From positions 1 to 64,000 of the IMG/VR virus record IMGVR_UViG_3300032322_001011: a DNA stretch of 64,000 nucleotides. The stretch is one strand, 5' to 3'. A program made the translations under genes and the position numbers. Positions 1-7,066 of this stretch are shown here, one piece after another. This DNA comes from a virus. Positions within the stretch are counted from its first letter, which is position 1, and each line of letters starts with the position of its first letter. The notes below the pieces were generated by a model. That model saw only the letters and a program-made list of their open reading frames with translations. It made no database searches and was not told the origin of the DNA.

Positions 1-423
1 ACCCTTAGTTGCGGCATGTGCATCATCAGTAGGTGTGCCAAACTTGGCTTGACCGTTAGCGTCACGGATAACAAGTTTGTTGGCGGTTGCTTCTGAAGTG
101 GCATCTGCCAACTTTGAGAAGTCGGAAGCAGACATCAAACCAGCACTTGCTGATGTGGCAAGGTTTGCTGTAATGGTGATAGCACCATTAGATTCGCTAA
201 TTGTAAGGGCATTGCTATATAGGCCAGCAGAACTTACGCCAGTAATCATCTTTCGCCATGCGGAAGCGGTTACATCGTAAACCTTAATAGTACCTTCAGT
301 ACTATTGAAAATCATCCGACCATCAAAGTTGCCCGTATTTGGGTCTGTGGCGACTACTTCAAAGGTAGCGTTGAGCAGTTGATTTTGATTAAGGTCAATA
401 CTAGTTAGAAATTTTTGAGCCAT
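1..423 (-). CDS. tail fibre-like structural protein (N-terminal part, truncated by window edge)
   Basis: Hand-translated from ATG at 423: MAQKFLTSIDLNQNQLLNATFEVVATDP...GTPTDDAHAATKG; open to the window edge; 'P..D.HAATK' fibre-type motif. Confidence 0.6.
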   Translation of the reverse strand, partial: MAQKFLTSIDLNQNQLLNATFEVVATDPNTGNFDGRMIFNSTEGTIKVYDVTASAWRKMITGVSSAGLYSNALTISESNGAITITANLATSASAGLMSASDFSKLADATSEATANKLVIRDANGQAKFGTPTDDAHAATKG

Positions 424-432
424 TAAAAATCC

Positions 433-918
433 TTACGTGAGATAGGCATAGCCTGAGAACGCTGATGTAAAGTTTACTACAACTTGTGTGGTGCTTATAT
501 ATGTAACTTCTCCGATAACCACTGTTTTAGCGCTGTCTACAATAGATACTGAAGGGTAACCACCTAAAGCATGGTTAATAGTCCATGTTGTAGCGACTGT
601 TCCTTGGGTGTGTACATGGCGAGATGCCGCAGGATAAACAAGATTTAGTACTTGGTTTGGGGAAATACCCGTAATGCTGGCACTTGCTGTTTCAGCAACA
701 GAAACTGTGCCAATAGTTAAATTGTTTGGGGGACCAGCAACACCTGGGTCACTAACAACGATTTCATAGGTTGAAGAATCGGCGCTTAAATTACCGTCAG
801 CAGATTCATCTACATAAACAGTACTATCGTCACCATCTAAAACTAAGGAGTATTCATCCCCATCAAGGATTAGTACTTGCTCATCATCCTCAGTTAGGGT
901 TAGGGTGTACTCAGGCAT
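433..918 (-). CDS. virion structural/fibre-associated protein
   Basis: GPPNNLTIGTV linker and C-terminal HTQ..ATTWTINHALG.YPSVSIVDS domain, common next to fibre genes. Confidence 0.55.
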   Translation of the reverse strand: MPEYTLTLTEDDEQVLILDGDEYSLVLDGDDSTVYVDESADGNLSADSSTYEIVVSDPGVAGPPNNLTIGTVSVAETASASITGISPNQVLNLVYPAASRHVHTQGTVATTWTINHALGGYPSVSIVDSAKTVVIGEVTYISTTQVVVNFTSAFSGYAYLT

Positions 919-1624
919 ACGGATTTGTCGCTACAGAAGCATCTACAACAATGGTTCCTGAAGAGATTCTCTCCCAGTCTCCAGCGCTATCTTGGACAAA
1001 AAGATCAAAAGTATGGTTACCTGCTGGAATAGTGTTTTTATCAGAAATGTGCATTTCTAGAGTTGCACCAGCCTTTGGAGCCAAATAACCACGGCGATTA
1101 CCTGCAAGGGCGATAATTGTTGCTTCGTTAGGTGCAGTTGAGTACCAGCGCAGGTCAAGGGTTGTAGTTCCTGCGGAGTTTACAGCCTGCAAATAAGCGT
1201 TGGAGACAGCCTGAAGTGCGCCATTTTTGTCCTTCCACGTAAATGTCTTACGGAAGTCTTCATGTTCGGACATACGCAGTTCCATTGCTTGCGCCTCATT
1301 TCCATCTGTTACGGTATCGTTTGTTTCTACCGCAATAACACCAGAACTTACCTTGTAGTACGTACCGTCATATTGGGCTAAAACATCATACTCTAAGTCA
1401 CCAATTGGTAATTCAGCAGTTTCTGCGCCTGTCAAAGACAGCAGGATTTCTCCAGATCCAGTGACTTCGGCATTAAGTTTTCGCTTAGATGTCGCTGTTG
1501 ATTGTATTTGTGCCTTGACAGCAGTTGGAACCATCAAACGATGGCGTTGCTTGCTTTTGACTACGATTATGCGCTTAAAAGGAATGCCTTGAGTGGCAAC
1601 ATAATTGACTGTACGAGCGCCCAT
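911..1624 (-). CDS. BppU/adaptor-like structural protein with two related beta domains
   Basis: Two internally similar halves (LSLTGAETAELPIGDLEYDVL..VSSGVIAV / MHISDKNTIPAGNHTFDLF..ISSGTIVV). Confidence 0.5.
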   Translation of the reverse strand: MGARTVNYVATQGIPFKRIIVVKSKQRHRLMVPTAVKAQIQSTATSKRKLNAEVTGSGEILLSLTGAETAELPIGDLEYDVLAQYDGTYYKVSSGVIAVETNDTVTDGNEAQAMELRMSEHEDFRKTFTWKDKNGALQAVSNAYLQAVNSAGTTTLDLRWYSTAPNEATIIALAGNRRGYLAPKAGATLEMHISDKNTIPAGNHTFDLFVQDSAGDWERISSGTIVVDASVATNPYA

Positions 1625-1636
1625 TTACATAGTTTA

Positions 1637-1882
1637 CTACAGGTCTTGAGGCAACCTGTACGGCAAAATGTCGTTCATGCGAGACAATGCCGAGTCAAAC
1701 TCTTCCTCTGTGCTGAAGACACGAATGACATGCATGCAAGGATCTCCGCCCTCTTCCATCTCATTCTCTTCTTCCTCAGTGGAAGGTACACCATCGTGCA
1801 TGTAGCAGACTGGGTACATTGCCCATTTGCGGTCAACCCCATAGGCCAACCATGCGTCAAAATCCATCTCTTCTTTTGCCAT
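1637..1882 (-). CDS. conserved phage hypothetical protein
   Basis: WLAYG..W..PVC..HDG.P....E...G.DPC.HVIR pattern; RBS upstream. Confidence 0.6.
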   Translation of the reverse strand: MAKEEMDFDAWLAYGVDRKWAMYPVCYMHDGVPSTEEEENEMEEGGDPCMHVIRVFSTEEEFDSALSRMNDILPYRLPQDL

Positions 1883-1891
1883 GTTTCTTCC

Positions 1892-2050
1892 TTACTTTGA
1901 AACGATTACGGATACTTGGTATTCCCCGTATTCAGGCTGTTTTATATTGGAAACAACTACAGAACTGAATCCTTGGTTGTGAGCGAGTATAACAGCCTGT
2001 TGCTTTGCGTCAAGCATCGTAGGTGTATGAAATGTGTAGGTAATCAGCAT
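1892..2050 (-). CDS. small hypothetical protein (52 aa, not in ORF track)
   Basis: MLITYTFHTPTMLDAKQQAV...; TACGAT -10 hexamer 6 nt upstream of ATG. Confidence 0.55.
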   Translation of the reverse strand: MLITYTFHTPTMLDAKQQAVILAHNQGFSSVVVSNIKQPEYGEYQVSVIVSK

Positions 2051-2064
2051 AAGTCAATCGTACC

Positions 2065-2220
2065 TTAGTAATCGTACTTAGAGAACTTCTTTATCTTCTT
2101 TTTGTCCCTACGGTCATGGGAATCCTTACGATTGTTCTTTCGGAAGTGCAAATCTTCGTAATGTCCTTCTTCCCCGTATTCTTCGTCAAACTGAGAACTA
2201 AGGCTCTTCTTATCCTCCAT
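2065..2220 (-). CDS. small charged protein with N-terminal QF tag (51 aa, not in ORF track)
   Basis: MEDKKSLSSQFDEEY...; overlaps the end of the upstream ORF. Confidence 0.6.
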   Translation of the reverse strand: MEDKKSLSSQFDEEYGEEGHYEDLHFRKNNRKDSHDRRDKKKIKKFSKYDY

Positions 2221-2383
2221 TGGAGTAAAAACCTCTTCCTACCAAGTTAACTGCTGGGGAGAAATAAACAGGGCGTAATTTCTCATTGCAGTCTGGACAA
2301 AAGATTGTTTTCTGCTCATCGTAAATGCTACGGGTTTCCTCGTGCCGATGATCGTTTTCACATTTGTAAGCATATGTTGGCAT
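2210..2383 (-). CDS. FmdB-family zinc-ribbon protein (57 aa, not in ORF track)
   Basis: MPTYAYKCENDH...CPDC...V...GRGFYSNGG matches the FmdB/CxxC_CxxC_SSSS pattern. Confidence 0.8.
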   Translation of the reverse strand: MPTYAYKCENDHRHEETRSIYDEQKTIFCPDCNEKLRPVYFSPAVNLVGRGFYSNGG

Positions 2384-2392
2384 ATTTGAATG

Positions 2393-2827
2393 TTAGCGTA
2401 TCTCGTGCTCTACGGGTAGTTCCCTATTCATGTCAGTGTCATACGCATACGCAAGGCGGTGATGGCCTTCAGTAATCAAAGTTTTTGTTTGGTCTGGGTG
2501 CATCTTTTTCTTTTTAAAATTGCTAATATATTTTTTATAATGAGTCAAAGTTATAGGTTCATTAATCCCATTTTCTGATAAGTCTTCTTCTAGGTTGCGA
2601 TACTTTGGGTTTGCGTAATCTTGATCTGCATAATACTCATTATCGTAAACGTCATCTAGTTTTGAGTTGTATGAATGGGTATCTGCAAATGGCCCATGTT
2701 CTCTTTTAATATCTTCGTCTTCACCAAAGCCAGCGTTAGAGATAGCGTCTTGTGATGAATATTCGGCTAGTTTATGAGCAGGCATAAACATCTGTAGTTG
2801 TTCTCCGTGAAGGTGCTGTTTACCCAC
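2393..2827 (-). CDS. ParB/sulfiredoxin-like domain protein
   Basis: L.EDL.ENGINEPITL ... ITEGHHRL.YA. Confidence 0.7.
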   Translation of the reverse strand: MGKQHLHGEQLQMFMPAHKLAEYSSQDAISNAGFGEDEDIKREHGPFADTHSYNSKLDDVYDNEYYADQDYANPKYRNLEEDLSENGINEPITLTHYKKYISNFKKKKMHPDQTKTLITEGHHRLAYAYDTDMNRELPVEHEIR

Positions 2828-3348
2828 TATTTAAGCCCTTTTAGGTTTCTTCTTGCTCTTATTCTGCCCTTATCACCAAGACCTGGAGCAGGTGCTTTCT
2901 TCCTTCGGCTTCCTTCGTCAAAGAATACTTCACCCTCTCCTTCATGCCCAATTCCAACAATGTGCTCACGAGGTACTAGGTATATATGCAAACGGTTGTT
3001 TTGTCCGTAGTGGTGGATACCAAACTCTTCACTATCTGGGTTACTACCTGTCCATTCAGGAAAAATTGAACCACTGCGTACTTTTGCCCCTTTAGGCACA
3101 TCACCTCTGTGGGTTACCTGAACCTGATCAGGTAGTTTAACCTCATCTCGTAGATGCTGTTGCATATTTTGGTAAGGCTCACCACGCCTATCTCTTACCT
3201 CTTGTAGATACGTTTTAGGCCACTTAGTGGTTCCGTACGACCATTGCTCCATGTCAGCCTCTGCCTCAGTACCTGCCAAATACGGAGCATGCCCCTGCTC
3301 ATAACTGTTGTAAAACTGATCCCAGTTAATACCTTCGTGCGCTGCCAT
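2827..3348 (-). CDS. putative ADP-ribosyltransferase-fold protein with N-terminal QF tag
   Basis: VTHRG, SGS and EGEV in the R-S-E order; MAAHEGINWDQF start. Confidence 0.5.
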   Translation of the reverse strand: MAAHEGINWDQFYNSYEQGHAPYLAGTEAEADMEQWSYGTTKWPKTYLQEVRDRRGEPYQNMQQHLRDEVKLPDQVQVTHRGDVPKGAKVRSGSIFPEWTGSNPDSEEFGIHHYGQNNRLHIYLVPREHIVGIGHEGEGEVFFDEGSRRKKAPAPGLGDKGRIRARRNLKGLK

Positions 3349-3365
3349 AAATCAAGTATAGATTA

Positions 3366-3764
3366 TTAGTCAAAAGTAATAAATGGGTCATCTTCTTTTT
3401 TGACCACACGAACATAAGGAATATCAACATTTGCGTGAATAGCGGCTGCTACACGATGATGACCGTTATACATGAATGGGTTACCTGATTTAAACACCCT
3501 GGCGGATACTTGTACAGGCTCTTGGATGCCTTCTTTACTTACAGATTCTACAAGACTATTAAATGCTTCAGGATCTTTAGATTTGTGGGTTTCAACAACC
3601 TCATCCCAAGTTTGACCACCTTCACGAGGGTGTACCTGTTCTACAAACTGCTGTGGTGAAAGTGCTGGGTGCGCCCTTACTTTAACCCTTGAACCTAAAA
3701 CAGAAGACGTGAACGGCTTATCGGTAGATAAACCTTGTTCATACTTTTTACGTTCTGGGTTCAT
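3366..3764 (-). CDS. ParB/sulfiredoxin-like domain protein
   Basis: LVESVSKEGIQEPVQV ... YNGHHRVAAA. Confidence 0.75.
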   Translation of the reverse strand: MNPERKKYEQGLSTDKPFTSSVLGSRVKVRAHPALSPQQFVEQVHPREGGQTWDEVVETHKSKDPEAFNSLVESVSKEGIQEPVQVSARVFKSGNPFMYNGHHRVAAAIHANVDIPYVRVVKKEDDPFITFD

Positions 3765-3781
3765 AAAACAAGTATAGAGGG

Positions 3782-4393
3782 TTACAAAGAAGTGTCTGGA
3801 GAAATAACCGTGTCAAAGGGGTCAGACACATCTAAGCCCTCTGGATACCAGATTTTAGTGTTTGTAATGTATTTAGGGCGCTCATCTGACAGTTTTACAA
3901 AAGACTCGTCAAACACGAGCATACGGTTTCCAGGCCAAGCACCTACACGACCACAATCTAAACGCACAAAGTTAAAGTGCTTGTGCTGATCAGGTGTTGA
4001 GGAATACATATCACCGTACGGGGCAGCCGTAAACATATACCTACCTGTTTCCCATATCCCTTCTTTCATATATACCTTCACGGATAGTTCAGACAACGCA
4101 CTGTACTCGTGGGTAGTGAAATCTTGCCCATAGCAACTCCATACCTGTAAATGGTCTAAAGGATGTTGGTGTACAGCAGGTGTATGAAAAGTCAAAGCAT
4201 GCAAGGGAACATGTTGCACTAGCGCACCGTTTTCTAAAAGTAGAGATACACCCCACGCCCTATTGGGGATTGCGGATAGACCATAAACTAAACAGGCGGT
4301 GTATTCACCAAACCCTTTTTCAAAGTTGTACAAAAACTCATTCTGGACATTACAGTAAAACGGTTTAGGGATATCTGTAATGTGTGTTGCCAT
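3782..4393 (-). CDS. conserved phage hypothetical protein
   Basis: 203-aa ORF with leaderless promoter; GLSAIPNRA..LLENGA..VPLHAL..LQVWSC pattern. Confidence 0.65.
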   Translation of the reverse strand: MATHITDIPKPFYCNVQNEFLYNFEKGFGEYTACLVYGLSAIPNRAWGVSLLLENGALVQHVPLHALTFHTPAVHQHPLDHLQVWSCYGQDFTTHEYSALSELSVKVYMKEGIWETGRYMFTAAPYGDMYSSTPDQHKHFNFVRLDCGRVGAWPGNRMLVFDESFVKLSDERPKYITNTKIWYPEGLDVSDPFDTVISPDTSL

Positions 4394-4411
4394 AGTGCTG
4401 AGTATAGATGG

Positions 4412-4750
4412 TTAGTCAAGTTCTCTCATTGTTCTGCGCCCAAAGTCAGTAATGGTGCAAACCCGTGCAGGGCGGTTACGGCTAGACATCTTTTCCCCAA
4501 CTTTCTGCACATACCCAGATTTAACCAACGATGTAATAACTCTCCACGGGCTGGATATATCTAGACCTGGAAACATCTGTTTAGCAATTTCATATAAATC
4601 TTCGTCTAATTTTGGTCTTTCCATTTGAAAACGATACGCTTCTAGCAGTTTCCACGGAGCAGTATCTTTTTCAATCGTTAGAAACGGCTCTTGATCGACA
4701 TGCTTTTTTGCATTGAAATGGTGTTGGCAATTTGGACAAGTTGTGTTCAT
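4412..4750 (-). CDS. zinc-ribbon plus winged-HTH DNA-binding protein
   Basis: Start reassigned to ATG 4750 (MNTTCPNCQHHF); C-terminal PWRVITSLVKSGYV..GEK..SRNRPARV..IT..G wHTH. Confidence 0.6.
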   Translation of the reverse strand: MNTTCPNCQHHFNAKKHVDQEPFLTIEKDTAPWKLLEAYRFQMERPKLDEDLYEIAKQMFPGLDISSPWRVITSLVKSGYVQKVGEKMSSRNRPARVCTITDFGRRTMRELD

Positions 4751-4775
4751 AACCTCAGTATATACTTGGAAGATG
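4748..4775. promoter_or_regulatory. symmetric bidirectional leaderless promoter
   Basis: CAT-6nt-AGTATATACT-6nt-ATG: TATACT on both strands, each 6 nt from a start codon. Confidence 0.75.
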
Positions 4776-4946
4776 CCAGCCCAAAACAACCTCAACGGAC
4801 AGCAGTTCCCCATTGAACCAGGAGCGTGGGTTGATGGTGAGCCTGTATCGCTAAAAGAAATCCATCAAGCAGCAGGCTTTACCAAGCGTGACCCTGCATA
4901 CCTTTTAGAGAAGCATAAAGCCAAACAAGCCAAAAGGAAGAAATAA
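4773..4946 (+). CDS. small protein with N-terminal QF tag
   Basis: Start reassigned to ATG 4773: MPAQNNLNGQQF; TAATG overlap with next gene. Confidence 0.7.
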   Translation: MPAQNNLNGQQFPIEPGAWVDGEPVSLKEIHQAAGFTKRDPAYLLEKHKAKQAKRKK

Positions 4947-5413
4947 TGGGTAAAATCGTCTATCACGGCACGTTTAGTGATGAACCACCTCATGTTTATG
5001 GTAACCCTTTTCATACAGGTACGATGTCTGCTGCATATGAACGTATAGACGATGAAATGGATAACAATGGCGCTGGTGGACAATATGAACCAACTTATAA
5101 AATTCATAAATATGAAATCTCTGATAATGCTCCCACTTCCCGTAAGACTTGGGATGACCCAGGTGATTTCTTTGACCACGGTCCAAACCCTGTACCTGAG
5201 TTTAATCAGAAACGAATCTACCCATACAAAAACGAATATGAAGACAAAGGCTCAACTTCCTATGTCATTCCTTCTAACTTTGTAGGAAACCACGTAAAAC
5301 ACCTAGGAATACAATTCCAGCATTTCTCTCAAGGTGGGGACTATGGGCATGAAATTGGTGTAAACGCTATGTCTACTATGGTCGGTGGTAAACCACCATT
5401 TAAGGCTAAGTAA
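4946..5413 (+). CDS. putative ADP-ribosyltransferase-fold protein (H-type)
   Basis: IVYHGT ... FHTGT.SAAYER ... Y.NEYED.GS.SYVI. Confidence 0.5.
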   Translation: MGKIVYHGTFSDEPPHVYGNPFHTGTMSAAYERIDDEMDNNGAGGQYEPTYKIHKYEISDNAPTSRKTWDDPGDFFDHGPNPVPEFNQKRIYPYKNEYEDKGSTSYVIPSNFVGNHVKHLGIQFQHFSQGGDYGHEIGVNAMSTMVGGKPPFKAK

Positions 5414-5940
5414 TGGCTGCACACGAGTCTATAAATCCCTGGGTACTTCGCCAACTAGCAACTCGTTATGAGAAAAAGAATGTTGCTATCAACTGGGATA
5501 ACCCAAACCGCAACGATCCTGAATCAAACCCTGATTTTAGTGATGAATCTGGCGTATGTTACGAATGTTCTGAGGATTTCGTGGAACGCAGCCATCTGGG
5601 TCACACAGGACTTAATCCAAAGCACGTTAAGCAAGTATCGCTAAACAATGATGCTCGTGGGATAGGACATTCGGCTGTAGAGGTAGGAACTACTCACGGC
5701 CCATATGTAGTGGATTTTACGTACAGGCAATACAACAATAAGGCTAAATCAGCCGTTGTTTTGCCCAAAAGAGGATATATACGCAAAATAGAAAAAGACA
5801 ACCCTGAAAACACTACTGAAGCAACAACATACAACAAAATAGGTATTGAAAAGCCTCGTATGGAAACTATACAAAACAACCCAGAAAACTGGAAACCACA
5901 GCAAACACCACCCGAAATGCGACCAAGTAGGAAGAAGTAA
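5413..5940 (+). CDS. papain/transglutaminase-like (Tox-PL-type) protein
   Basis: G.CYECS ... GHSAV ... VVDFTYRQY gives a Cys-His-Asp triad order. Confidence 0.6.
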   Translation: MAAHESINPWVLRQLATRYEKKNVAINWDNPNRNDPESNPDFSDESGVCYECSEDFVERSHLGHTGLNPKHVKQVSLNNDARGIGHSAVEVGTTHGPYVVDFTYRQYNNKAKSAVVLPKRGYIRKIEKDNPENTTEATTYNKIGIEKPRMETIQNNPENWKPQQTPPEMRPSRKK

Positions 5941-5985
5941 TCGCCCTTTACACGGCAAATTTTTTACTTAGCGTATAATTAGACA

Positions 5986-6366
5986 ATGCCAGCCCACGAA
6001 AATCTAGGTGACCAGTTCAAGGTAGTCCATCAGAAACTAGGTGAAGGCGTGTCTGCTGGCAGGGGTTGGCATTCCCTCACGCTTCAAGACCCAAAAAAGG
6101 GTGTAGACCTCGCCCGTGTGTCTTTTGAACACTATAACGATCCAGATATGGAACCATCGTCAAGAATAGACATAGATTACCTAAAAAGCCACGTTGAGGG
6201 TCAAGGTCATGCTCAACGACTTATGGAACATATGTACAACCGCTACCCTAAATCACATATTGACTGGGGTTTGACAATCAACCCAGCATCAACCCATATT
6301 GCCTCAAAGTTTGAAAACAAGTACTACGACAGAACTTCATATCAACCAGAAGAGGATATGGACTAA
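5986..6366 (+). CDS. GNAT-like acetyltransferase with QF tag
   Basis: IDIDYLKS..EGQGHAQRLM motif A. Confidence 0.65.
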   Translation: MPAHENLGDQFKVVHQKLGEGVSAGRGWHSLTLQDPKKGVDLARVSFEHYNDPDMEPSSRIDIDYLKSHVEGQGHAQRLMEHMYNRYPKSHIDWGLTINPASTHIASKFENKYYDRTSYQPEEDMD

Positions 6367-6683
6367 TGCCAGCATACGAGAGTCTTAGTCATCAATTTAC
6401 AGATAAAAAGGGTAAAGAACACACCATCCGTACAACCCCTTTTGGCGATGTTGAAGCCAGGAGTGGTAAAACGGTTACTGGTCGTTTAGGGGTCATGCTT
6501 GACTTTCAGCCTGAACAAGAACGAAAACACATGGTTTTTGGTATTGCTACAAACAAACGGTATCAAAACAGAGGTGTAGCCACAGCCATGTTTAACGCCG
6601 CCGAGTCACACTATGGCCCAATTGACATCGGTCCAACATCTTCTGATGAAGGTGAGAACTGGAAGAAGAAAATGGGTCAATAA
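6366..6683 (+). CDS. GNAT acetyltransferase with QF tag
   Basis: GIATNKRYQNRGVATAM motif A; S.EGENW. Confidence 0.75.
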   Translation: MPAYESLSHQFTDKKGKEHTIRTTPFGDVEARSGKTVTGRLGVMLDFQPEQERKHMVFGIATNKRYQNRGVATAMFNAAESHYGPIDIGPTSSDEGENWKKKMGQ

Positions 6684-7066
6684 TGGCTGCACACAAGAAC
6701 CTAAATGAATACCAATTCCGTTACCGACCCACTGGGGCTGTAAAAGACGAAGATGAAGAGTATTTTACTAGGCAAGGTAAAGAGGTTCCAACGGTGTATG
6801 ACCATAAGGTGACGGTAGTACACAAGCCAACAAAGGCTTTGGTTGGAGAAATGACATGGCCTAACGAGGGACCACTATACGGTATTGCAGTTGACGAGGA
6901 CCACGGGCGAAAAGGTATCGCTACCAACATGGTATTACATGCACAACGGGTATCTAGAGCATCTAAAGGTGCAATACCCCCACCTGAACGTGCTACCAAT
7001 GAAACAGAAGATGGTGAAGCGTGGGCTGACGCAATGGAAAGCAAAAGAATACCTGGTTGGTACTAA
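6683..7066 (+). CDS. GNAT acetyltransferase with QF tag
   Basis: GIAVDEDHGRKGIATNM motif A; TEDGEAW. Confidence 0.75.
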   Translation: MAAHKNLNEYQFRYRPTGAVKDEDEEYFTRQGKEVPTVYDHKVTVVHKPTKALVGEMTWPNEGPLYGIAVDEDHGRKGIATNMVLHAQRVSRASKGAIPPPERATNETEDGEAWADAMESKRIPGWY

